This document shows positions 36,926-48,476 of a stretch of 64,000 nucleotides of DNA, piece by piece. The notes below the pieces were generated by a model, which saw only the letters and a program-made list of their open reading frames with translations, was not told the origin of the DNA and ran no database searches. Position 1 is the first letter of the stretch; every line of letters starts with the position of its first letter. The DNA comes from Hydrolagus colliei (lineage: Eukaryota), in NCBI GenBank assembly GCA_035084275.1, contig CM068744.1:75020001-75084000 (forward strand), given 5' to 3'. The position numbers and the translations under genes were made by a program.

Positions 36926-38012
36926 TCCTAATGGCAAAATCCCCTGTTGGCCTTGGGCATAAAGCAAGACAACAACAAACTTGCATTTATATAGGGATTA
37001 GGTTATAGAGTACCAGAGTTTCAGGCCGTAGTGGCTGAAGGCATGGCCACGAATGGAAGAGTGGAGGAACAGAATACAAAGAGGAAGCTGGAGCCAGCTG
37101 AGCAGAGGCAGCGGATGGTGGAGTGGGAAATAAGCAGAATGGATAGGTAGGAGATGCGAGGGCATGAAGGGATTTGAAAGCGAGCGAGAGGATCTTGAAA
37201 TTGATCCATTCGGTAATTGGGAGCCAGTGGAGCCTGGCAAGGACTGTTGTCAGTGGGCTATGGAGTTTTGAGCGGGTGAGTAGATCCTGGATATCCTCAC
37301 CTGACTCACCGTTTCCTATCTACACGGATTAGAGTTTTAAAATCCACGTTTTGTTCCAGCTAACTTCTTGTTTAGGTCAGTGTTCGTGTTAGCCCTGCAC
37401 CAAAATGCCTCGGCCTGGCACAGGGCTTCTCATAAATCTCTTTCACAAACAGAGCAAGCGAGCAACACACAAGCATTCCTTGAAATATTATCAGCTGTTG
37501 TGTTGTACAGTGTGTGCTGCAAAGCATTTGATGCCAGTGAATCAGTCCAGGTGTCACCTCTTTGGGCGGAGTATATTACAGCCGAAGTTAGAGAGGCAGA
37601 GCACACTACATAGTAATTACACAAACAGCTGCAATTCACCTCCTGCACGATCAAGGAATAGCATGAGTTTCATTTCCAGCCACTCCACCCACATGCCTGG
37701 TTGACTCACTAACTTTGCTCAGGTGTTTCTCTCTCTGTTCGTAACAGTGCGGACAGGGATTTATTTTGAGTTTCTTTCACTGAACACTTCCTAAATCTTT
37801 CAAACGCCTCGTTGTACGGCACACAAAATGATGGTCACACCACGCACAACTCATTGATCATAAAACGTGAATAAATTGATTGCATATGGTGCTGGTTAGA
37901 GACTGGAAAAGTCTTCATATAGACAGTGCTAGAGAGTCAATTTCTGCCTTCGTTAAACTTAGTGTGTGGCTGCAATGTGGCAATTTTATGAGCTTCTTCG
38001 TCTCATGTCAAT

Positions 38013-38366
38013 TATAATAATAATCTGTGCATTTGATATTGTTCATTGTCTTCTAGAAGTCTCAAAGTGCTTCATAGCGTGTGTGAAGTGAATTGACTGT
38101 GTATTTGTGGGTGAAACGAGTCAGCCAATTGTGTACAGCAGTGTCCCACAAACAATAACAAGAACAAAATTACATTTATAGAGCTCCTTTCACATCGGGA
38201 GGATGTCCCAGTCATGGATTGAATGACCAAATTTTAAATTTTGTTATAGGGGTTATGATTAGACGTTTGGGGTAAGGAAATTTGCCCAAAGTTTCACCTG
38301 CCGGGAATCGCACCCAGGTCTCTCGCGTGTGAGGTGAGTGCTTTAAGTACTGAGCTACAAGACTCC
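38013..38366 (-). mobile_element. tRNA-derived SINE containing a nested L2 micro-tail (about 38155-38208)
   Basis: SINE body gtcccacaaaca|gtcatggattg is split by a roughly 55-bp L2 3' end. Confidence 0.85.
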
Positions 38367-38371
38367 GATTG

Positions 38372-39122
38372 ATAGAATCATGGAATATTACAGCACAGAA
38401 TGAGGCCATTTGGCCCATCCGTTCCTGTGCCAGTTCTTTGGAAGAGCTATCCAATCAGTCCCACTCTCCCGTTCTTTTCTTTTCTTTTTCTAGATACCCA
38501 AAATGCATCACCTCACACATTTCTATGTCAAATTTCATCTGCCTGTGTTTGCCCATTTCATTAGTTTGTATACGTCTTTCTGCAGTCTGCTACCAACCTT
38601 CGCACTGTTTTCTAAGTTCCCAAGTTTTGTGTCACCTGCAAACCTTAACATTTTGCATTCTATATTCTATATTCGTATCAAAAAGAGTACAATAAAACCT
38701 TGATAATCTGACATTTCGAAAGTGGCTTGTAGTTCATAGCTTTGCCGCTCTGTCACCCGGCGCTATGGCTGCCACTCGGCCATAGTTTGGCTTTAGTGCT
38801 GTGTATGTGGCGGGACGTGTGGCAGAAAATTCCCAAATCCGGGAGGTGCGTAGGCTCAATTGCATCAGATTATCAAGGTTTTATTGTAGTGTATCTAATG
38901 CCGATCCCAGGGAGAACCCACTGTACACTTCCTTCCAGTCTGAAAAGAAATATTCACCACTACCCTCTGTTTCTATCTCCCAGCCAATTTTGTATCCATG
39001 CTACCACTGTCCCTTTTATCCCAGGGCTTCAATTTTGCTAACTAGTCTTATCATGTTGCGCCTTATCAAACTCCTTCTGAAAAGTCCATATACATTACAT
39101 CAACTGCACTACCTTCATCAAT
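38372..39122 (-). mobile_element. CR1 fragments (tail plus RT remnants) interrupted by a Tc1/pogo MITE
   Basis: CR1 tail atagaatcatggaat...ggccatttggcccatc; minus-strand VDVMYMDFSEGV-like and KFA(D)DTKLG-like remnants. Confidence 0.75.
38690..38886. mobile_element. Tc1/mariner-pogo (Tigger-like) MITE, 197 bp
   Basis: Perfect 22-bp TIRs CAATAAAACCTTGATAATCTGA (38690-38711) and TCAGATTATCAAGGTTTTATTG (38865-38886), flanked by TA on both sides. Confidence 0.9.
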
Positions 39123-41049
39123 TCTGGGTTTACAGATTTGTAAAACTGAACCTTTATATGTGAATCTCAAAAGCAGTGGGCCTTTAGCTTCCCACAGTAC
39201 GGTTTAACCCTGATGCATCCTTTCACAACCATTACCACAGGTCACTTGCATGACTTAACTAATATGGTGCCCATTTCTTATCCTTCCCCCTCCCATCCCT
39301 TGTCACCATCAGTCATGTGCAAATGAAGCCGTAGCAAAAGATTTGAGAATTGGTTGTACTTGAATTGCCATTGTTGACTTAAAGCTGGCTGAAGAGGTCC
39401 AAGAGGCAGTGCTGGAGAACAACATGATGATGGTACTTGTGATTTGCATACCATAAATATTTTTAACCAGAGTATCATGTAGATACACCTTCCCCTCCCC
39501 CTGGCTTGGGCCCGGGATCCATCATTGTGAAGTGCTCAGAGACGCCGTCTGGCATGGAGAGCGATATATAAATCAAAGTTGTTGTTGTTGAATGTGGTTT
39601 GTTTACCTGCTGAGAGCTAACTTATTCGCTTGCAGATACACCAGGTGACGTCCTTCCAAAATTTGAACAGTACAGTCTTCTCATTTATAGTATCAAGTTG
39701 TATCTAAATCCTCTGTTAAAAATGTCCTGGCCTTAATATGTTTAACCTTCCTGGTCAACCTTCTGTTTGTCATTAATTACCATCTGAATGCAGGAATCAC
39801 TCCACATTCTGACCTCAAATTGCCCTTAGGACCCTGAACCATTATCCTCTTTTCTGAAAGTATTCTTCTGGGTTTACTTTCTCTGTCCTGTTAAGTGTCT
39901 GATATACCTCTCAAACCTCGAACACTGGAGATCAGCCTCATGCTTGACCTTTGTGTTGCCTTCAGGATCTCTTAGTGACCTTAACCAGTGCCAATGATAG
40001 TACCAGTGACCGTTGAAGCAGCTGCTGTCAAAAAAAGCTCCTAACACGAGACTCATTCCTCCCTGTGCAGACAAAATGATAAAATGGTGTTTCAAGTTAG
40101 ATATTGAAGGGATGGACTCTGTGTATTAAAGTCAAGCTGCCGAGTTCGCTGTGCAGCCATTCATGATTCCTTTTATCCACTCCTTTCTCTCAGATGTCTG
40201 CTTCGGTATTTAATTGCTCAGTTTTCCTCTGTTGAAAAACTTACCTTTTTAATTGTGGCTCAGAATCGTCTGCTCGGTTTTTAATTGCGGTCTGTTTTCA
40301 GGCACAACCCCACTGTACAAGCATGGAGACACTCCTTTGTCTAAATCCAGCCTTGGATTGTTTGCATTGCTTATCATATTCAGTGTTTTATAATCATACA
40401 GTATATATGTATATAGATACATTTTCTCATTTCAATCAGCAAATGTAAATACTGCCATGTATTTTACAGGGAAATAAGTCTGCAGGGAAATGAAAGAGAG
40501 AATATGTCCTTGGCCCCTGGCCCCAAGATTCCACAGAATTTTAGCCTGTCTGAACCATTTGTCATAAAACGTAAGATTTTAAATTGTTGAAAATTCTTGA
40601 ATTCGGTCTTAATTTGGAAGTTTTTTTTTCCTGTTCTTAAAATGAACCAGCTTCCAAATTCATACAGGTTAAGACTATAAGCCTCAAAACCTGTGGTCCT
40701 GCTGATTGTTTCAAATAAAAAGGATATTGAAAGGACATTAAGCCAGCGCTTTGAGTCTAAAGCAGTTTATGTTTGTGCTATGCACATTAAATCTGTAAAC
40801 AAAATTATTTTAATCTCTGGCACATGGCTCAAATCTCACACAGGTGATAAACGTTTCCTCTGTCTGTTGGCTGCAAAGTCCTATGTGAAGTGAGATAGGA
40901 CTCACTTGGGAAGTTTCCTTACTCCACACACCTAAGTTCCTGGTCTGTTGGGTTATCCCTCTGCCCAACATTGGTATGAAGGCTGGGCCTGAAGATTTCA
41001 AAAACACCATGATTGTCCCCAATCAGGTATATAGTGTAAATTACAAGGA

Positions 41050-41320
41050 ATAACAACAACAACAAAATTGCATTTATAGAGTGCTTTTCATGTCAGGAGG
41101 ATGTCCCAAGGCACTGGGACCCGAGCAGGGGGCGAAGGGTCGGGGTACGGGCAAGGGGAAGGAGAGTAGGAAAGAGGGAGAGTTAGCAGGGCAGCAGAAG
41201 ACACGGTCGAAGACGAAGGTCTTACAAAGGTGGAAAGGGAGGAAGCGAGCTGAAGGGATTGCGGGATGGAGTTCCAGATTGTGGGGGCAAGGCTGAAAGG
41301 CCGGCCACCCATTATGGGGC
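41050..41320 (-). mobile_element. L2 3' fragment
   Basis: GGRPFSLAPTIWNSIPQSL plus tail. Confidence 0.85.
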
Positions 41321-41743
41321 TTAGTGACCAGTGTCCTCTGAAATGCACTCTAACCATGGCTCTGGTTCTGAAAAAACAATCACAACAGTTAAGCAGGAAC
41401 TTAAGTTGACCAAATTTAAGTTCTTGTGGGAATATCAGCTAGGACACCAGGAGATGTCACTGAAATTCTTTGAAATGCTCCCACAGGATCTGTTACATCT
41501 AGCTGAACCCACGGAGCAAATGGATAGGATTTCAGTTTACCATAAAAACAACTTGCATAACAAGCCTCCATTCTAGGCGGCTTTTCAGAGCGCTTCACAG
41601 TGGTGGAGCCTGAGGCCAAGCCAGAGGGAGTGGGGAAGGTGACCGTAAGTATGGTCAAAGAGAAAGGTCTTCAGGCGCAACCTGAATGTGGGAAAGGAAG
41701 GGATGAGGCAAAGGTGTTAAGCGAGGGAGTTCCAAAGTTTATA

Positions 41744-42066
41744 TTAATAATAAAAATAATAATCCTTGCATTTGATATAGCACTCTTCATTTCTTCTAGA
41801 CGTCTCAAAACGCTTCACAGAATATACTGTAAAATGAATTGACTGTATATTTGTGGGCGAAACGCGGCCAATTGTAGAATCGTGTACAGCAGTGTCCCAA
41901 AAACCATCGTGGATTGAAATGACCAATTTTTGTTTTTTTTTGAGGAATTATTGTTAGGTGTGTGGAGCAAGGTAACTTCCCAAGGTTTCGCCCTGACCTG
42001 CCTGGATTCGAACACAGGTCTCACGTTTGTAAGGCGAGTGATCTAGCCACTGAAATACAGGACTAC
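41744..42066 (-). mobile_element. Young tRNA-derived SINE nested in an L2 fragment (about 41545-42135)
   Basis: The L2 sequence gggagttccaaag|ctttgggctgtattggctgaaagc continues across the SINE. Confidence 0.88.
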
Positions 42067-42262
42067 AAGCTTTGGGCTGTATTGGCTGAAAGCATGGCCG
42101 CTGATGGTGGAGCAGAGGATTCGGGGGACAAGAAAGAGGACATGAAAAGCGCTATATGAAATGCAAGAAGGAGTTATGGACTAGCTGAATTTTCAGCGCC
42201 TTAGGATGTCCTCCCGATGTGAAAGGCACTCTATGCATGTAATTTTGTTGTTGCTGTTGTTG

Positions 42263-42812
42263 AGGCCAGACCCAGTAGAGCAGAGGCAGTGGTTACAGCT
42301 GTGATGAGAGAGGAGGTTAGAGAGGTAGGGGGTTGCCAAGGAGTGGAAGGATTTTAACACAAGGGTGAGGATCTTGAAGTCGATCTGTTCTGTAACAGGG
42401 AGCCAGTGGAGTTTTGCAAGGACAGGGATAATCAGGGTACATTGTTGGGTGCGGGTGAGATTGTGGGCAGCGGAGTTTTGGATTAGTTGAATTTTGCGAA
42501 GGAATTTTGTGAAGACGAGGAGGCATTGGAGTAGTCCAGCCAAGAGGTGCCAAAGTAATGGACCAGGGTTTCGGCAGCTTTTGGGATGAGATATTGATGG
42601 AGATGGGCAATGGCTGAGATAGAAGAAAGTGGTGCTGGTGTGAGTCAATATTTCGGGGAGGAGGGATAACTGGAGTGTGAACCTGACACCTAAGTTGTGC
42701 ACGGGTTTGGAGAGTTTTAAGGACAGGTCAGGTAGGTTGAGGAAGTCGGAACCGTGGGACAGAAGACGTTGATGGGAACCAAAAAATATGGCTTCCATCT
42801 TGTTGATGTTCA
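42263..42812 (-). mobile_element. L2 RT C-terminal fragment, abutting an opposite-orientation L2 tail (42195-42262)
   Basis: LNINKMEAIFFGS, VHNLGV, IQNSAAH, LAKLHWLPVTEQIDFKIL. Confidence 0.88.
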
Positions 42813-44951
42813 ATGTTTCATCCAAAAGAAAGCACCTCCAATACAGAGCTTCCCCCTGTATTGGATTGGAGTTTAATCCTGCACCATGAGGTCCCAAAGT
42901 CCCAAAGTGGTGCTTGAATTTACAATTTCCTGATTCAGGGCCAAGGGTGCTGCTAACTGAGTCACACTGGACTGTTATTTGGAGGGGGAAGAGAGAGAAT
43001 TTACTGTGTATTCACTGCCAGAACTTGGCCATCTTCAATCTTACTGCAATATAATCTTAAAATGTTTACATTGCGAACCCCAGCGCTGTATTCAGCTGAC
43101 CTTGTTGCATAGTTTTGGGCTAAGTAATGATTTTTTCCCAGAAATATCAGGATATCTACCAAAAATCACAAGCCATGAGTTAGCAACTCCCTCCTATAAA
43201 GTGCCTGCTCTTTTGATTAAGTATTGAATTACAACAACCACAACAACAAAATTTAATTTATAGAGCACCTTTCATATCGGGAGGACATGAATTACAGTTT
43301 CTTGACACAGCACTTTACTCATAGGTCCGCTCCTCTTTATATGTAGGTTGACCTATACAGAACCCCTGCCTTGCTTATAGTGCTGGTATCTTGTGGATCC
43401 AACCTAACTAGAAGCCTGGTACCCTTGGATTCCATGACTCGCTGGTTTCCCACATCATCAGGTCAATGCTGCTGTCACTTCTTGTGTGTTCAGCACTTTA
43501 CACTGAAGTTACTTCACAAATGAAGTGATGTCAGTTACATTGCTGGCACACAGTCCCTGACATCCAGGAAACCAACCCTTTTTTTTTACTGCACTTCACT
43601 TGTAACGCAGCCTCTGAGCATCATCATATTTACAATGTCCTGTAATTCCCTGTAATGGTGTTTTATTTACTTGTAAATTTCTGTAGTTTCTGTATATGTC
43701 AGCAATTATTAATTTGACAATAGGGTCCAATTTGCAACATGGGTGGATGCTTTAATTTAAGCCTTTTCATTTGGCCTGGACAGTGAGATTGGGGTCAAAA
43801 TTGTGGGGTGCGCCTCCCTTGGCTAGGGGGGCGCGGAGCTTTTGAATCTCAAGCCCCCGAGTGCATGTGGAGCCGAAGACCCGATAGTGTGGAGCCGAGT
43901 GTGAAGGAGGGGGGAAACGCAATGAAAACTTTGCTGAGTTAGGGCGGGTGCCTCTATTTAAAGTTTGGAAGCCACCAATCTAACATGTTTTGAGAAATTA
44001 CTTCACATGCTATCAATTGGGGTGATGGTAGTTGTTTAATGTTGAATTTACAGATCACAACTATTGAATAACATGATCTATATTGGTTGTTTTTGCTCTC
44101 TGCAGTGGTGGAGTTGTACTGTTCATCGGGGCAGTAACATGTTGAAGCTCTGAGTGCATCTGGACTATCATTTTCTAAATGCCTTTGTGATCTCGTTTGT
44201 ATCTGTGGTTGGACAAAGTCCCAATAGACAGCCAGTGATCCTCGAGGCAGAAACATTCTCTTCCTGCCCTGGAGCCACAAGCAACACGAGGAATTGGGTT
44301 TCTTCATATCTACGTGTTAGCAGCATACACTTGCTGTGACGCATATGGCTCAAGGATAATAACAAGTCAAAGGCCAGATGTTTTCAGAAATGTTTGGATC
44401 CTATTTAACAAATCTGATATCCTTCTTTGGGGAGCTAAATGGGGTCTCCTTGGAACTGGAGTGGCTCCATGGTGAAATGCCTGGCAACAGAATGTAATAA
44501 TAGAATCAATCCTCTATGGCAATCTCAGTGTTTGAGCCAGGCAAGTCTGCAGTAATCCCAGGGCACTCCTGGTGATAGACCAGCCGACCTGCCTTATTGA
44601 AGGAGCACAGTGAAGGCAGGGATTCCTTCCATTCAGCTCCTATTACCCAGTTAACTTCAAGCCAAAAGCCCTAGCTGGTCATGTGGTCTTAGTTGGATAA
44701 GCAGCGGGAAGCTTGCCAAGCAGTGCTCTCATTGGCGAGCTATGCAGTGTGAGCTGGTTAAACTCCAGCAATACCCCATCACACACTCTGGGGTCCTCAA
44801 GTCTTGGCTGTTCCTAATAACCTCCAGGCATAGGTATTTGGTATCCATCCTTCCAGAGAGAGAGTGCACACTTCATTCCAGACACAGAGAATTTCCATGT
44901 GTAGGTGGCATACATGTGTGGAACTCTGTCTGGTTTAGATACCCTTGATCA

Positions 44952-45333
44952 TGGAGTCCTGTAGCTTAGTGGATAGAGCATATGCAAGCAAAACGACCTG
45001 GGTTTAATTTGCGACCAGGGTGAAACCTTAGAGAAGCTTTCTTACTCCACAGCTTTCTAAACTCCTCTGTTTACCTAGCAGTAACTAAGAACCTTGAACT
45101 GTTGTTAGTTGTATGGTGGATTGGTTTTCTGTGGGGTAATAATCCCTTAAAAAATCATAATTGGTCACTCAATCCGCGACTGTTTGTGGGACACTGCTAT
45201 GTGCAATTGGCTTTCGCGATTCTCTCACAAAATATACTGTCAATTCACTTTACATTATATTCTGTGAAGCGATTTGAGACATCTCGGAAGGTGTGATAAG
45301 GTACAATATCAAATGCAAGAATTATTATTATTA
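44952..45333 (+). mobile_element. tRNA-derived SINE (long variant)
   Basis: Head, central ctctgtttacctagcagtaa segment, tail. Confidence 0.85.
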
Positions 45334-45679
45334 ATGGTGTTTCTGCATGTGTCAGACACCAGGCTGAACAAAACAATTCTGTTTCATTGGCATGATATCA
45401 TTCACATTTATACTGAAAAATTTGGTCCACTGAACCATGCCCAACCCATCGCTCCCTAGTTGGAAATTCTTGTATTTGCTGAGACAGACTGGCCTGGTGG
45501 GGTGGGGAGAGCTTGTACAAAGCAAACTTTAAACACATTTTAGCCGTGCTCACAGGAACTTCCCCCCACCCACCCACCCCGGTATCTGAGAGCCAGAAGT
45601 AGCTTGATTCTGCTGACTCTCTGCCTCTGTCTGTATCTGGGTCCCTCATTGCATTGCTGGCTGGCTGGCTGGCACAGAA

Positions 45680-45915
45680 CAACTCTCTTCTGCTTTAGAA
45701 AAGTGCCATGGGAATTTTAACGTCTACCTGAACGGCAGACGGGACCACAGACCATTGTATCAAGGGATGGTACTTACAACAATACAGCGCTCCGCCAGCA
45801 GCATTGTACTGGAATGTCACCTTCGACTATTGAGTTCAAAGACCTGATGCGTGGCTTGAACCCACAACCTTCTGCTTTAGAGGTGAGAGTGCTCCCAGCT
45901 GAGCCAGGCTGACAT
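45680..45915 (-). mobile_element. Old Deu-type SINE 5' half
   Basis: Minus strand gtcagcctggctcagctgggagcactctcacctctaaagcagaaggttgtgggttcaagcc. Confidence 0.7.
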
Positions 45916-46669
45916 CCAGCTTGTCAATGCCCCTTATTATTTTAATGGCCTCAATAAGGCCATCTCTTAACCTCCAAAGCTCCCTCTGTTGAAATTCCTG
46001 ACAGCATCTCCTTGCATTGTTCTTCACCTGATACTTTGTGAGATTGTCAGTTCTGTGATTAAAAAAGAATCCCCTGTGTAAATCAAAAGTAGCTTAAAGA
46101 AAATTAGCGAACAGAAGCAGTGGTTTAGTCAAGCCTCGGGGAAGAACCTTTAAGGCCTGTCAGAAATTTTCACTGTCAAAGCCAGGAGCCCCATGAGATG
46201 CTCATTTTCCATGCTCATGAAATGAAATGGAAGGCAGTGAGATTCTAGATGATGTTTTTGAAAGCTCTAATATACTGCAAATAAAGATTAAGGATAACAA
46301 ATGCTATCTTGTTATTTAAAAGAGGCGAGATTGAAAATCTAGAGTAGCCATTTTATATATATATCAATGGGAAACACACTTGAGGGTGCTATTCTACAAC
46401 GACAGCCAGCATTTATATCATACTTTTCATTCATATTGTCTCAGAGCGCAGTAGGGTGGGATTGGACATCAAGCAAAAGGGAAGTAGGAGGTGACCCCCT
46501 TTTTTAACTATCTTTAAATACCACCTAAGACCAGGTAACTCTTAAGGTGGGATTTAAAGATAAATAAAGAGTGGGGTGAGGTAGAGAGATACTATCAATG
46601 CTCAAAAAATACACAGTCACTACACTTTGCAGTGTTGACGCACATGAAGAAGCCGTTGAATACATATGA

Positions 46670-46903
46670 AACTGTCAAGCTGAATGACAAGCTGAACATT
46701 TCTAGTCACGGTACGGCTGCCGTCAACAAAACAAATCAAATACTTGGCTACATCTCAAAGGTCTTTGACTTTAGAAAGAAAGGAGTCATCCTAACCTGGT
46801 ATAAGCCTATGGCAAGGCCAGATTTCAAGTAATGTGTGTGGCTTTTCACATCCTGTCTCCCCAAAAGACATTGAATTGTTAGCAGAGAGTTTAGAGAGGA
46901 GCC
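46670..46903 (+). mobile_element. Old CR1 RT C-terminal fragment
   Basis: AAVNKTNQILGYISK...KKGVILTWYKPMARP. Confidence 0.75.
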
Positions 46904-47236
46904 TCAAAGCTTGTATGCAAACACAGCAGCCAATTGACTCAAAGCAATCTGCCACAAATGGCCATGTAGTGAATTACCAATAAATGTGCAAAACAGTTTT
47001 GTTAAGTGCTTTGAGAGGTCCTTCGGATGTGAAAGGTTGTATATAAATTTAAGTTGTATCGCTAAGGTACTTGGAGCAAGCACATTTGCTATTCCATTTG
47101 TAGGACGTTTATTTCTTCTAGGACTAATAGAGCTACTGTTCAGTAAACTCATCGTTGCGCTGTCATGGAACTGCAGGAGAATTATTTGTCTTTTGTCCAG
47201 TGAAGTGACTTAAAGCTAGATATTACCAGCAAGGGA

Positions 47237-47262
47237 CTCTCTCTCTCTCTCTCTCTCTCTCT
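47237..47262. repeat. (CT)n microsatellite
   Basis: Seen directly. Confidence 0.9.
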
Positions 47263-47857
47263 TTGTTTCTAGCTAAGGACATAGGAAGATAGCTTGAGGC
47301 TATAGAAAAAATAAACTTTTTTGCACTGGCCCGCTCTCTGTGTTTAATATAATGAGCTTGTAAACTTATCACGTGAGGTATGTGAACCATTGACATTTAC
47401 TATAGTTCAAAAGACCATTTGGCCCATCATGTGGTGGTATGTGACTAAGCATGTGCATAAAGAAGCAATATCAGCCTGTGTGTGGCTCAGCTAAAGCCGC
47501 CTTTGTGCTCTCTAAGTTAAAAACATCACTGCGTATGTGCCGGTCGTGGGGGGAATCCTTTTGCACTGTGTGTAGTAATGACAGTCAAACATTAAACAAC
47601 AGGTAAAAACAGCCAGAAGTACAGTGACTGGCTGAACAGTCCAGGTCGACTTCTTCATATGCGTCAACACTGTAAAGTGTAGTGACTGTATTTTTTGAGC
47701 ATTTATAGTTAATACAATCAAAAATAACTGCTTGGCCCTTCGAGCCTGTGCTGGTGCCAGCTCCTATACTAGAACGCTGTCCCTTCCCACACCACTATGT
47801 TCCTGTGTGGATGTTGGATGACGGTTGAGTCCTCTCCCATCGCCCAGTGGATCAGGT

Positions 47858-48175
47858 TAATAATAATAATAATAATCCTTGCATTTGACATAGCGCTTTT
47901 CACGTCTTCTCGTCTCAAAGTGCTTCACAGAATATACTGTGAAGTGAATTCACTGTTTATTTGTGGGCTACATGCGCCAGCCAATTGTGCACAGCAGTGT
48001 CCCACAAACAGTCGTGGATTGAAATGATCAATTTCTTATTGTTTTTTTGAGGGAGCATTGTTAGGCGTATAGAGTAAGGAAACTTGCCGAAGGTTTTGCC
48101 CTGATCTGCCTGGATTCAAATACAGGTCTCATGCTTGTAAAGCAAGTGCTCTAACCACTGAGCTACAGGACTCCA
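47858..48175 (-). mobile_element. Young tRNA-derived SINE (short variant)
   Basis: Full copy ending about 210 bp before the exon 9 acceptor. Confidence 0.9.
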
Positions 48176-48388
48176 GAATCCAAGTTCAGAATCCATGGTC
48201 TTGCCCTACCCTTTTCTGTGACCATCTAAAACCCAACAACCTGCTTAGTCCCTCTGCTCAGCAAGCCCTTGTCTGCATCATGCTTCAGCTCCAGTAACTT
48301 ACAACTTCCAGGTGAAAAGTGAGGGGGGTAAAAATGTTCAGGTGACGCAAAGTGTAAAATGGCTGAAATTAAATGTGGTTCTTTGCAG

Positions 48389-48476
48389 GATACGGAAATG
48401 CTGGCAGGTGAAGAGAAATCCTGGAAGGAACTCAAGGCTTTGGTTCCAAAGGTGGAGGAGTTACAATCCGCAAAAG
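48389..48476 (+). CDS. SMYD3: SMYD3 coding exon (exon 9 equivalent): DTEMLAGEEKSWKELKALVPKVEELQSAK(D)
   Basis: ctttgcag acceptor, GTATCCTT donor; 88 bp. Resembles human DADMLTGDEQVWKEVQESLKKIEEL (recalled). Confidence 0.93.

Noticed and set aside
43790-43955. GC-rich patch as a possible promoter or CpG island
   Set aside because: Too short, and it resembles the 5' end of a Charlie-type hAT (tgtggggtgcgcctccc..taggggggcgcggag) with no partner TIR found.
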